From the IMG/VR virus record IMGVR_UViG_3300044678_003809: a stretch of 64,000 nt of DNA; one strand, 5' to 3'. Origin of the DNA: an uncultured virus (IMG/VR IMGVR_UViG_3300044678_003809). Its lineage: Duplodnaviria; Heunggongvirae; Uroviricota; Caudoviricetes. The notes beneath the pieces are model-generated. The model made no database searches, was not told the DNA's origin, and was given only the letters and a program-made list of their open reading frames with translations. A program made the position numbers and the translations under genes. Below are positions 43,804 through 53,358 of this stretch, piece by piece. Numbering within the stretch: the first letter of the stretch is position 1; each line of letters starts with the position of its first letter.

Positions 43804-45975
43804 TCACCCCTTCAACGAGAAGTAGAGGGCAGCCGCGACGGCCACCGCCAGGGCCACCTTCCCGCCGTTCTTGGCGGGCGGGGTCACCGGCGGCGCGGGA
43901 GGGGCCTCGCCCGGCACGGGGGGGCCCTCGGGCTGCGGGATGGCGCCGGGCGGGGCGTTCGGACCACACGTTCCGTCGGGGTACAGCACCGTGCCCTCGG
44001 GGCACCTCACCGCGACGGGCTGGGCGCCGTCGCCCTCCCAGCCGGTCTCATCGCCCTCCTTGCGGGCCGCGTCGATCTCCTCTTGGGTGGCCTCGGACCA
44101 CACGCCTTCCTGGCTGGCATCGAAGGGCGTGGGCTCGGGGCTGCCGCCGCCGGTGCTGTCACCGCCTGTGCTGCCGCCGCCGGTGCTGTCACCGCCTGTG
44201 CTGCCGCCGCCGGAGTTGTCACCGCTGCCGCTGCCGCTGCCGCTGCCGCTGCCGCTGCCGCTGCCGCTGCCGCTGCCGCCCGTCAGGGACACTTTGATCC
44301 GCTCGGGGCCGAAGCTGTTGGCGCCGAAGTTGACGAGCGTGGCGGCCGTGCCGCCCGAGTTGCCGCCGCCCTGAGCCCCACCCGAGAAGTCGGCCTGGAT
44401 GCCACCGCCGACGCCGCTGGTCGCCATGCCAATCGCACCGGGGGCGTTGCTCCACGACACCTTGACGTTCATCAGATTGATGGGCGCCAGCGTGAGCGTG
44501 AGCTTCTTCTGGCTCTCCCAATACGCATCGAACGCCTTTTTCCGAGCCGCCCGGGCGCTCTCCAACTGGCGGCCGAGCTTGTTGATCAGCGCCACCCGGT
44601 CACGAGCACCACGCTCGACCACCATGCGGACGTTGCTCGCCTCCTGGGCCGTCATGGTGACGCCCTTGGGGATGTTCCGACCCCAGGGCATCGCCCACTG
44701 CACCAGAATCGCACAGAAGCGCGGGTCACGGGCGCAGAGCGTCTTCCACGTTTCCTTCACGAAGGGGTACTGCACGCGCAGGGTCTTGTTGATCCAGTCG
44801 CGCAGCTCGAACGTGTTCTCGGTGCTCATCGTGGTGGCGGCCTGCAGCCACTTGATGGCCTCGGGGGTCATGTACCCGTAGAAGTTGGGCATCTTGGTGG
44901 GCAGGTAGCCGAACTCGCCCTGCATCTCGGCGAGCTGCACGACGAGCGAGATGTCCGCCGGGCTGCGGCCACGCACGGTGTACCAGACGTTCAGGAGGGC
45001 GCTGTTCCAGTTGTACAGCGCCGCCTGGAAGAGCCGCTGCGGGCTCATCGAGACGTAGTACCGCTTGGTCATCGACGACTGCGAGGCGTACTGCTTGAAG
45101 GGGTCCTTCGACGTCCGGGGGTTCTCCCCGACCAGCGGACGCGAGACCGCCGACAGGAAGGGCCCGGGGCCGTTCTTCGTCGCGATTCGGCCGGTCTTCA
45201 TGTGGACCTGGACATCCGCGGGTCCGAAGAACACGTCGTTCTTGAGCCACTCGAGCGTGGCCCCGAACACGCCGGACTTGAGCTTCTGGGCCAGCGCCTT
45301 GACGTTCGCCTTGCCCGGGTCACCGTTGTACTTGCGCCACTTGCAGTCCCGGCCGAGGGAGAGAATGCCGGTCGCCCCCGTGTACAGGATGGACCCGCCG
45401 GTCGCGATGGCGGCGCCGACGGTGGCCACCTCGCCCCAGATGCTGCGGTCGCACTTAGACCCATGGTGCCAGTCGATCTTGTCGTAGATGATCTTGGGGA
45501 GCCCCCCGTACCCCTTGCCGTTCTTCTTCTCGACCATGTCCCGAAGGGCCTTCATCACGTCGAGCGTGAAGCGGTCGATGACACCGAACTTGAAGCTGTA
45601 CCGCGGATCGGCGTGCTTCATCAGGAGCTGGAACTTGTAGAAGAAGACCGCCGCCTCGAAGACCCGCTCGGGCTTCGACCAGACGCGTTGCTCGGTCTCG
45701 ATGCCGACCATCTGCCACTTCCAGCGCGTGTAGCTGGGGTACAGGTCGATGTTGAAGTTCACCGCGAACTGCAGGAAGGCCTGCGTATCGAAGGGGTAGA
45801 TGGACCGCGGGGGGGTGCTCAGGGGCGTCGCCGCTGCCCCCAGACCCGAGAGCGAGGTCTCAATCGTGTCGACGGGGATGAGGGGCGCGGAAGCCGAGGT
45901 CGCGATGTAACGCATGTGTGCGTGTCTCCGATGTGGGTCGAAGGCAGCATACGTGCGCAAGATCCCTTTTGCCAA
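43804..45975 (-). CDS. large putative virion protein with GS linker and C-terminal TM
   Basis: LSGLG near N-terminus; (GS)n linker; C-terminal anchor. Confidence 0.7.
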   Translation of the reverse strand: MAKGILRTYAAFDPHRRHAHMRYIATSASAPLIPVDTIETSLSGLGAAATPLSTPPRSIYPFDTQAFLQFAVNFNIDLYPSYTRWKWQMVGIETEQRVWSKPERVFEAAVFFYKFQLLMKHADPRYSFKFGVIDRFTLDVMKALRDMVEKKNGKGYGGLPKIIYDKIDWHHGSKCDRSIWGEVATVGAAIATGGSILYTGATGILSLGRDCKWRKYNGDPGKANVKALAQKLKSGVFGATLEWLKNDVFFGPADVQVHMKTGRIATKNGPGPFLSAVSRPLVGENPRTSKDPFKQYASQSSMTKRYYVSMSPQRLFQAALYNWNSALLNVWYTVRGRSPADISLVVQLAEMQGEFGYLPTKMPNFYGYMTPEAIKWLQAATTMSTENTFELRDWINKTLRVQYPFVKETWKTLCARDPRFCAILVQWAMPWGRNIPKGVTMTAQEASNVRMVVERGARDRVALINKLGRQLESARAARKKAFDAYWESQKKLTLTLAPINLMNVKVSWSNAPGAIGMATSGVGGGIQADFSGGAQGGGNSGGTAATLVNFGANSFGPERIKVSLTGGSGSGSGSGSGSGSGSGSGDNSGGGSTGGDSTGGGSTGGDSTGGGSPEPTPFDASQEGVWSEATQEEIDAARKEGDETGWEGDGAQPVAVRCPEGTVLYPDGTCGPNAPPGAIPQPEGPPVPGEAPPAPPVTPPAKNGGKVALAVAVAAALYFSLKG
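44141..44279. repeat. coding tandem repeats: about 2.7 x 30 bp and 9 x CCGCTG
   Basis: Directly visible; encode GGGSTGGDST and (GS)n. Confidence 0.9.
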
Positions 45976-45985
45976 CGGAAACCGT

Positions 45986-47077
45986 TTAGACGCGGGGCAA
46001 CTCGCTGATGACTTGCCGCAGTTGAGCGCCCACCGTCTCCCAGCAGAACCTGTGCTGCAACGCGGTCTTCGCGTTCTCCGCGAGCTGCTGGTGGTGGGTC
46101 GGGTGCTGCGCCATCGTGCGCAACGCCTCGACGAGGCTGTCGTGCAGCGGGTTCGCCCACATCAACTGGCCGTTGATATTGTCGACGTACAACTTGGGCT
46201 CCCCGCCCAAGTACGGGCTGGCAACGACCATCTCGTATGCCACGGGGATGTCCCCCGCCACCGGGGAGCAAAACTCGAGGACGGCGCTCCAGTCCGTGTA
46301 GATGACGGGCTTGCCCAGGAGCTTGGCCTGGAAGGGCCCGAGTCCCCAGCCCTCCGAGCAGTGCGCCGTCACGAAACAGTCGATGTTCGTGTGCATCTGT
46401 TGCATCTGCGTTTCGGACCACATGGCGTCCGAGCAGAAGATGTCCGGGCGCTGATCGGCACCGGTCGCTTGGAAGTCCTCTGCGAGATCGGGACGAGCCG
46501 TCGTCTTGATCCACAACTGCACGTCCGAACGCGGTTGTGGGAACGCGTCCATGTAGGCCCGGAGGATGGCCACTGGATTCTTGCGGTGGTTCCACGCCCC
46601 CACATACCCGAAGGTGAACGCCGGTTGTGTGCTCCGGTCGGGGGCCGTGGTCCACCACGTCGGGCTCACCGTGTGCGGCACCACATGAATGGGGTGTCGG
46701 TACCCGGCGACGATGAGGCCTTGGCGGTTGAACTCGGCGGGCACAATGATCGCCTGATTCGTTTCGTTGAGGGCACTGGCGATAGCGTACGGGAGCCGGT
46801 CCGTCTCGAAAACAGTCATCGCGCTGCGCACCGCGCCGCCAAGGGTGGCGTTCGTGCAGTCGTACGGGTTCAGGTGCGTGACAACGGGGCTCTGGGTCAC
46901 CCCGGGGCGGTACGTGCGAAGCGGATGGGACCACGGCGGCATATCGCTCCAGCGGATGGCTGTGTGACTCGCCAAGTCGAAGTTGGCGTCCCCCGCCGTG
47001 AGGAGCGCCATGAGGTAGTTGAGCCCTGCTTGGGTGTACCCCTCGTGCTGACGGGTGTAGTTCGTGAACCAGAGCAT
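45986..47077 (-). CDS. GT-B (GT4-like) glycosyltransferase
   Basis: TVFET, FGYVGAWNHRKN, SEGWGLGPFQA..LGKPVI.T. Confidence 0.85.
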   Translation of the reverse strand: MLWFTNYTRQHEGYTQAGLNYLMALLTAGDANFDLASHTAIRWSDMPPWSHPLRTYRPGVTQSPVVTHLNPYDCTNATLGGAVRSAMTVFETDRLPYAIASALNETNQAIIVPAEFNRQGLIVAGYRHPIHVVPHTVSPTWWTTAPDRSTQPAFTFGYVGAWNHRKNPVAILRAYMDAFPQPRSDVQLWIKTTARPDLAEDFQATGADQRPDIFCSDAMWSETQMQQMHTNIDCFVTAHCSEGWGLGPFQAKLLGKPVIYTDWSAVLEFCSPVAGDIPVAYEMVVASPYLGGEPKLYVDNINGQLMWANPLHDSLVEALRTMAQHPTHHQQLAENAKTALQHRFCWETVGAQLRQVISELPRV

Positions 47078-47084
47078 GCGTCTC

Positions 47085-47618
47085 TCAGCCGTGGTCGAGG
47101 GCTTTGCCGTTGATGATCCCACCGCGCCAGTTGCAAAGCCCCGGGGTGTCCGGGGTCGCGACCTTACTGGTGCGCCAGGTGTTCTCACACTTGATCGGAC
47201 CGCCGACGGTGAACGTCGGTCGCCAGTAGCCGTCCTGAGCGACTCGACGTCGCTCCCAATGCACCTCGATGAGATGCGCAGGCCGACCGACACCCGACGG
47301 AGAATCCGCTGTGCGGATGTACAGCGGCTGGAGGCACCGCGGGCACATGAGGTGAATGCCGAGCACGACCACGTCGGTCTTGCCGTTCAATCGGTCGTGC
47401 CGCGGCGCAACGTCGATGTCGACGATGAAGTCCCGCGCCGACGTCGCGTCATTACCGTAGGTGAAGATCCCCTCCGGGGTTCCGTACCGCTGGTTGATGC
47501 CCGGTTGCTTCAGGCGCGGATCAACACCGCGGTTCTCCCGGTGCTGGACGACCTGGTCGCCGAAATTCCACCGTGGGGCGTCGGGTGGGATTTCCTTGGC
47601 GATGATGATGTTGCTCAC
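47085..47618 (-). CDS. Cys-rich hypothetical protein
   Basis: GTG start after GGAGG; CPRC...C...C.W...I. Confidence 0.55.
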   Translation of the reverse strand: MSNIIIAKEIPPDAPRWNFGDQVVQHRENRGVDPRLKQPGINQRYGTPEGIFTYGNDATSARDFIVDIDVAPRHDRLNGKTDVVVLGIHLMCPRCLQPLYIRTADSPSGVGRPAHLIEVHWERRRVAQDGYWRPTFTVGGPIKCENTWRTSKVATPDTPGLCNWRGGIINGKALDHG

Positions 47619-48058
47619 CGCTTCCTCCACAGTTTGTCACATTCGCAGGGACCCGGGTCGATCCGAGACACGGCCCGGCACTTTGTATGGTGCGCTCGCC
47701 CCTGAAAGATGATCACCTTCCACGGGCAGGAGATACGCGGCGGGCGGCCCGTAGCCACCTCCACATCCACATTGCCTGAATCATCGACGCGAGGCCAGTG
47801 CGCGGGACACGCGACCACTTGCCGCAGCGACAAGAGGCCGTTCTCGATGGTGCAGGACGCGCTGATGTCGGGTCTCACCGCGACCGGGTAGTCACAGCAA
47901 GGACAGCGCAACACGATCAGTGGGATCATCTGGCGGCCGTTGGGCGCTTCCCAGATCATGGCAGCCGCGTTGATCGGCTGGCCATCCCATGTCACTTCAC
48001 ATGGCTGGCTACCCCCAGGGCCCCGCTCATCGAGCTGGAACAGTGCGTCGTCTTCCAT
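47615..48058 (-). CDS. Cys-rich hypothetical protein, paralog of downstream gene
   Basis: CPCC...C...CPW..II. Confidence 0.55.
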   Translation of the reverse strand: MEDDALFQLDERGPGGSQPCEVTWDGQPINAAAMIWEAPNGRQMIPLIVLRCPCCDYPVAVRPDISASCTIENGLLSLRQVVACPAHWPRVDDSGNVDVEVATGRPPRISCPWKVIIFQGRAHHTKCRAVSRIDPGPCECDKLWRKR

Positions 48059-48133
48059 GTGTCGAGTAATATCCGATACACGGTTAAAGCGCAAGTGTTG
48101 CCTGTAATGAATGCGCGTGTTACACTTCGCTTT

Positions 48134-48499
48134 ATGAATCAAACCGAATTTCGTCGTCAAGTCTTCGGCGCGGTCCTCGCTCATCACCGCGAGGCCGCCA
48201 AGCTCACGCAGCAGGCCCTGGCGAGCAAGCTCGACATGACGCAAAGCAGTCTCTCTCGCATCGAGCGTGGCGAGACCTCGGTCGAATGGCTCGACCTGCT
48301 CGGCATCGTCGATCACCTGCCACCAAGCTCCCGGTATGTGGGGCCCGAGGGTTTCTACAAACACGTCCTCGAGGTCGCGGAACGCGTGGCAGCCGCGTGG
48401 CGAAACGCTCACCCAGGGAGGGATGTCGCCGCGCCGTGGGAGCACCTTGACCGCACGGGGCTGATCGGGTTGCTCTCGATGGTCATCCGAGACGTCTGA
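48134..48499 (+). CDS. XRE-family HTH regulator
   Basis: REAAKLTQQALASKLDMTQSSLSRIERGE. Confidence 0.85.
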   Translation: MNQTEFRRQVFGAVLAHHREAAKLTQQALASKLDMTQSSLSRIERGETSVEWLDLLGIVDHLPPSSRYVGPEGFYKHVLEVAERVAAAWRNAHPGRDVAAPWEHLDRTGLIGLLSMVIRDV

Positions 48500-48500
48500 A

Positions 48501-49106
48501 TTACTGCTGGGTGATCCGGTCGAACACGCTCTTCGGGCACTCATACCCGTTCAACTCGACCTCGATCGCATCCGGCTGGTGCTCCCACGCGGCCCCAGGG
48601 CGCCGGTAGAAGAGCGCCTCGAGCTTGGTCGCGGGGGGCACGTACAGTGCCGTCGACACATCGCTACCCCCCCAGTCGAGGAGGTTGCGGTTGAGCAGCG
48701 TCCAGCCGGTGCATTCCGCGAACGACGCGTCCGTGTAGTCGTAAATGCACTCGGACACCACGCCGACGTTCTTGCCCGCGACGGCGAGCACCATCGAGAA
48801 CTGCCCCAAGGACCCCTGCTCGTCCTGCATCCGCGAGTAGACGTTGGGGGCCAACGGGTCGAGACCCCGACGCAACCACGACTGACTGACGTAGGGCAGA
48901 ATCAGCCCCATGGTCGAAGGCGTGGTCGTGCTCGCACTGGTGCTGGTCGGGTTGGGGGCGAGCAGGTTCACCCGGAACGGTTGTCGCGTGGTGTTCGCCG
49001 TCGGGAGCGGTGTCGGGGGGAAACGCACGATGCGGTGAAACACCTTGAGCGTGCTGGGCGAAAGGGGCCCCAGCAGGCGCACGGCGTTGGAGGTGCCCGA
49101 AGACAT
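48501..49106 (-). CDS. beta-rich putative capsid-associated protein
   Basis: LYVPP..KL..LF...IEVELNGY terminal pattern resembling its neighbours. Confidence 0.45.
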   Translation of the reverse strand: MSSGTSNAVRLLGPLSPSTLKVFHRIVRFPPTPLPTANTTRQPFRVNLLAPNPTSTSASTTTPSTMGLILPYVSQSWLRRGLDPLAPNVYSRMQDEQGSLGQFSMVLAVAGKNVGVVSECIYDYTDASFAECTGWTLLNRNLLDWGGSDVSTALYVPPATKLEALFYRRPGAAWEHQPDAIEVELNGYECPKSVFDRITQQ

Positions 49107-49129
49107 GGTCGACCCCTCTCCGGTACGGA

Positions 49130-49888
49130 TCAGTACCGGACCGGCTGGTTGGTGAGCACCTGGTGGCCCTCGAAGATCACGCGGCACGTTCCAGTGTTCC
49201 GCATCGTGCGCTCGGGCAGGACCGTCACGACGATGCGTTCACCCGAGGCGACGAGCGCCGGGGACTGCAGCCGGTTGTAGCCGCCAGGACCGAACATGAC
49301 ACCGCCCGGGACCGCGGTGACGTTGGGCGTCCAACTCCGGCCGCTGCCGGCGACCTCGATCTTGAAGGACAGATCGGGGGTCGACTGCAGCAACGCGTTG
49401 CCGACCTCCGTGGCCGAAGTGACCGAGGCCGTGCTGCCCGCCAAGCCATACGACAACTGTGCCGTGGCGACGGGAAGAAAACGGTTTGTGAACGTCGAGA
49501 CCGCGGAGCCGTTGATGGTCGTGTCCGAGGACGGCAAGTAGTACGCCGTGATCCCGAAACACACGAACGGACCGTCGTTCGTGATGATGGCCTCGCCGGA
49601 GGCCGTAGCCGAGCTGCCCTCGGCGAGGGAGATGCTGACGGTGTACCAGCGAGGGACTCGCGGCCCGGGGATGTCTTCGCCCATGGCAACGCGACTGTGC
49701 GCGATGGACCGCGTCATCTCTTCGAGACGCGCCGACTGCGCCGCGATGGCGGCGGCGAGCTTGTCCATACTGGAGCTGCCCGAGCCACCGCCACGCAGGG
49801 CGTTGAGTTCGGCCTGCTGCTTCGCGACGGTCTCTTCGAGCTTGCGGAGGGTGTACCCGACAGTGTTCGGGGTCAGAGGATCGCTCAT
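49130..49888 (-). CDS. putative jelly-roll capsid protein with N-terminal coiled coil
   Basis: Alternating beta strands; I.NDGPF, VIFEG; GGAG RBS. Confidence 0.5.
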   Translation of the reverse strand: MSDPLTPNTVGYTLRKLEETVAKQQAELNALRGGGSGSSSMDKLAAAIAAQSARLEEMTRSIAHSRVAMGEDIPGPRVPRWYTVSISLAEGSSATASGEAIITNDGPFVCFGITAYYLPSSDTTINGSAVSTFTNRFLPVATAQLSYGLAGSTASVTSATEVGNALLQSTPDLSFKIEVAGSGRSWTPNVTAVPGGVMFGPGGYNRLQSPALVASGERIVVTVLPERTMRNTGTCRVIFEGHQVLTNQPVRY

Positions 49889-49927
49889 GTGGTCTCTCCG
49901 TTGGAGGTGCGGTCGTTCAAACCGCCT

Positions 49928-49960
49928 CTACCCCGCCGCCTGCAAGAGACGGCGGGGTAG
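49928..49960 (-). terminator. 11-bp stem hairpin downstream of capsid candidate
   Basis: CTACCCCGCCG...CGGCGGGGTAG. Confidence 0.55.
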
Positions 49961-50031
49961 GTGCGAGGGGGCTCGTTCGCGTCGAGATCGATGGTCCATC
50001 CGGTCAGTCGCAACCGGGTGTAGGAGCGACC

Positions 50032-50676
50032 TTACGTCGCGTCACGCGTATGGATTCCATCAATGTAGGCGCGCGAGAGCTTCTGGCCCTCGAAGTTGTT
50101 GATGGCGGCGACGACGTCCAGCGAGGTCGAGGGACCGGCCAGGCTGTACTTCTTCTCGACCATCTTGACCGGTTCGTTGGCATCGATGTCGATCGGCAGG
50201 GGCAGGGCGTAGATCTGCTTGCCCGTCGGGTCGCCGTTCGTGATGAGCGGACGGACGCTGTCCGACACGAAGCCCCAGGGGCCACCGCCGGCCGGGGTCA
50301 TCGTCAGGGGGCCCTGGAACGCCGAGCGATCGTTGACCTGGAGGTCGAACGTGGAGCCGCTCAGGACGAGCGTCATCAGCTCGGCGATGCCCGCGATGGA
50401 CGGCGTCGAGCCCGAGAAGGTCACCACGCCGTTGGCCGCCTGGAAGAGGACCTCGTGGCGCACGGCCTTGATCTGGAAGAGCTGGTTGCCCACCAGGCCG
50501 TTGGCCGAGGGGAAGTTGCTCAGGCTCAGGTTGCCGTTGCGCGTCGACTGGAAGAGGATCTTCTCGCTCGTCGCGTAGGCGTCGGGCGTCGCGCTGGTCG
50601 AGGCGCCGTAGCCGCGGTAGTCGGTGTCGTAGAAGAACTGGGCGCGGACCTGCGCCACTCCGGGGACTCGAGACAT
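50032..50676 (-). CDS. putative major capsid protein (single jelly-roll type)
   Basis: 214 aa, beta-rich, QFFYDT..LFQ..SNF...GL....F.I; strong AGGAG RBS; highly biased codons; followed by hairpin. Confidence 0.5.
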   Translation of the reverse strand: MSRVPGVAQVRAQFFYDTDYRGYGASTSATPDAYATSEKILFQSTRNGNLSLSNFPSANGLVGNQLFQIKAVRHEVLFQAANGVVTFSGSTPSIAGIAELMTLVLSGSTFDLQVNDRSAFQGPLTMTPAGGGPWGFVSDSVRPLITNGDPTGKQIYALPLPIDIDANEPVKMVEKKYSLAGPSTSLDVVAAINNFEGQKLSRAYIDGIHTRDAT

Positions 50677-50783
50677 GGTGTTTCTCCTGCTGATGGGCTT
50701 CCGCCCGGTGGTGCAGCGCATAGGCTGCGGCTTGTCATCTCAGATCTGGAAAAGCTGGTTCCCGACCACGCGCCCTTGCGGGC

Positions 50784-52232
50784 TCAGTAGGCGGAGTCGA
50801 ACTGGTCGTCGAACTGGCTGCGGCTGTTGTCGATCTCGGGCTGCAGCACCTTCAGGTTGGCGGCCTGGAGGGCGGCCTCGTTGGCGGCGCGCTGCTCGAG
50901 GTCGACGTAGGCCAGACCCTTCATCTCGCGCTCGACGGACAGGCGGGACGGGTCGAGCACGTACTCGCCCATGCCGTCGTCGGGCAGGTCGTAGACGTAC
51001 TCGCCGACGCCGCTGGTACCGACCGGCAGGGCCAAGTCGGCCTCGGAGATGATCGGCCAGCCGAGCAGGACCTTGGAGGCGTGCTCGCCGATGACCGGGA
51101 TCTTGGCCAGGTTGTTCGTGACGATGCCGTCGAGCATCCGGTTCGCGACGGCGCCCACGATGCCGGCGGTCAGGGCGATCTGCCCGTGCTTGCCGATCAT
51201 CTTGTTGTTCGCCAGGAACTTGCCCGTCGGGCCGAACCAGACCAGCGCGGTCAGCGCCGCGGGGACGCCGTAGTCGGCGATGGGCCCCTCGGCAAACTCG
51301 AGCTGGTTGACGTAGTGATGGACCACGTTGGTGACCATGAACGAGCCGACGCCGAGACCGGTGAGGATCAGGGCCTTCTTCGCCATCTCCAGGCCCGGGT
51401 TGCGGCGGATGTACATGTTCCGGCGCGCACCCTTGCGGCTGCGACGACGACGGCTGCGGTTGTCGCGCTCGGGCGTCTCACCGTTCGCTCGGGTGGCGAT
51501 GTAGGCGTTCGGACGCGCGATGTACGCGTTCGGGCGGGCCTTGCGGCTGCTCTTGCGGCGGCGCTTGCTGGACTTCAGCGGCGGCTGGCCGGCGGCCTTG
51601 CGGGACGCGTTGGTCTTGCGGCGGCGGGCCGCGGCGGACCGCTTGTTGGCGGACGCCCGCAGCACGCGCTCGATGCGCTTCCGCTCCTTGGGCGTGAGGT
51701 TGCTGCGCCCGCTGGCGAGGCGGTCGTGCGCCTCCTCGATGGTTTCCGCACCGGCGCGCCGCTCCGCCGCGCGCTTGCGGGCCAAGGCGCCGAGACGCTT
51801 GTCGTTGGCGAGCTGGGCGGCGCTGCGGGTGCCCGAGGAGGCGGCGGCCTTCGGCGAGGAGGCGGGCGCATTCCGGGGGCGCTTGCTGCCGGCGGCGCGG
51901 GCCTTGGCCATGTCCCGCAGACGCTGGTCGTTGGCGAGCTGCGCGGGCGTCCGCTTCTTCGAGGAGACGGGGGCCTTGCGCGAGGTGGTCTTGACCGTCT
52001 TCGGGGCGGACGCCTTCGGGGCGGACTTGCTGCCGCTGCGCTTGCTGCTCTTCGTCGCCTTCGGCTTGACCAGCCCGGAGAGCTGACGCGTCTCCCAGTT
52101 GGTCAGATTGCCGCGGACCGCCTCGGCATTGTTGCGACCGGCCGTGAGACGGGCGCGGATGCGGGCCTTCTCGGCGGGGCTCTTGGCCGCCCACGCGGCG
52201 CGGCCGGCGGCGGAGCGTGCTTCGCTCTTCAT
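50784..52232 (-). CDS. basic core/DNA-condensing-like precursor with C-terminal membrane domain
   Basis: K/R/A/S-rich N-terminal half, many RxN motifs, TM helices, GxGEY repeats. Confidence 0.6.
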   Translation of the reverse strand: MKSEARSAAGRAAWAAKSPAEKARIRARLTAGRNNAEAVRGNLTNWETRQLSGLVKPKATKSSKRSGSKSAPKASAPKTVKTTSRKAPVSSKKRTPAQLANDQRLRDMAKARAAGSKRPRNAPASSPKAAASSGTRSAAQLANDKRLGALARKRAAERRAGAETIEEAHDRLASGRSNLTPKERKRIERVLRASANKRSAAARRRKTNASRKAAGQPPLKSSKRRRKSSRKARPNAYIARPNAYIATRANGETPERDNRSRRRRSRKGARRNMYIRRNPGLEMAKKALILTGLGVGSFMVTNVVHHYVNQLEFAEGPIADYGVPAALTALVWFGPTGKFLANNKMIGKHGQIALTAGIVGAVANRMLDGIVTNNLAKIPVIGEHASKVLLGWPIISEADLALPVGTSGVGEYVYDLPDDGMGEYVLDPSRLSVEREMKGLAYVDLEQRAANEAALQAANLKVLQPEIDNSRSQFDDQFDSAY

Positions 52233-52496
52233 GTGCTCTTCTCCCAGCGTCGGGTTGGCGCGTGCGAGAGCGAGAGCGACCAGACCGCCGTTCGGGCGGA
52301 GTCCTCCAGCAGCACGCGCAGGGGTGGTGGCGTGGGGCTGGTGATCGAGCGTCGGGTATGTCGGTACGATGATCACGAGCCGTCTCCGCATCACCGAGTA
52401 GGTGATGTTTGAGTGGGGATGGCTCGTGGCCTTACATCAGCGGTGGGGGTCTATGCCCCGATGAAGCCGGTCTCTAGGACCAAGGCTTCGACGTGC

Positions 52497-52727
52497 TCAG
52501 TCTTTACTGATCGGCTCGTTGTTGTCCACAAAAAATTTCACGGCTGGGGCACAAAAAACGATCTGGGCGTTGCATCGCCGGCAAACCGTACTGATCACGG
52601 CCCCCGGGGAGATGTTGGCGATCATGGCTTTACAGCCAACACAGCGCACCTCCACGAACCCGACCTGCAGGAACGGACGTGCGCCCTTCTCGTTGTTCTT
52701 CGGTGCTTGTGGGGTCGGGTTGCTCAT
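52497..52727 (-). CDS. Com-like Zn-ribbon regulator
   Basis: EVRCVGCKAMIA...VCRRCNA. Confidence 0.55.
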   Translation of the reverse strand: MSNPTPQAPKNNEKGARPFLQVGFVEVRCVGCKAMIANISPGAVISTVCRRCNAQIVFCAPAVKFFVDNNEPISKD

Positions 52728-52785
52728 ACCAGCCGAACTGTAGGTCCAAAAACAGGAGGCCGCCAGGATATTCTGTGGCGTCCGG

Positions 52786-53358
52786 TCAATACTCGATGCC
52801 CATGGGCGTGATGGTCATCCGGCCTCCCCGAATGATGCCGATCTCGTGGGGCTTGATGCCCCGGCGATCCTTGGGCAGCAGAATGATGCTGCTGACGTTC
52901 GGCGTACCCCACAACTCCGTGGGCCGCTTGGGGTACACCTCGAACTTGTGGCCGCCGTGCGAGCAGATCAGGTGGTCCAGTTCGGCCATCCACCACACCA
53001 GCGGTGGCTCTGTGAACTGAAACGTCCGCTTCGAGATGCCCAGTCCATCGGCTCCAGGGAGCATGCCACCCGTGTAGAGCCCGACATCGGCGCCGTGCTC
53101 GTGCCGGAACAACTTCCAGACGCCTTGGCGACCATCGGGGTCGTTGCGCCGCAGGTGCGGCGGCCGGGTCAGTGGGTCGTCCTTGTCCGAGTGGTACAAG
53201 GTGGCCTCGACGACCCCCATCTTGAAGAAGTCCGTCGGCCATGGGACCTTCTTCTCGACCAGGTCGCGCGGCTCCCGCGTCTGAAATCCACGAAGGTGTG
53301 CTTCGGCCGCCGCTCGGGGGCTGAGATGCTGAGACGACCGATTGTTGCGGCTGGTCAT
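52786..53358 (-). CDS. hypothetical protein (putative virion)
   Basis: ATGA overlap; Y.SDK..F.HEH..I.GG...IT..GI. Confidence 0.6.
   Translation of the reverse strand: MTSRNNRSSQHLSPRAAAEAHLRGFQTREPRDLVEKKVPWPTDFFKMGVVEATLYHSDKDDPLTRPPHLRRNDPDGRQGVWKLFRHEHGADVGLYTGGMLPGADGLGISKRTFQFTEPPLVWWMAELDHLICSHGGHKFEVYPKRPTELWGTPNVSSIILLPKDRRGIKPHEIGIIRGGRMTITPMGIEY

Noticed and set aside
44083..47113. Long plus-strand ORFs 44083-46008 and 45914-47113
   Set aside because: Antisense shadows of the virion protein and glycosyltransferase genes
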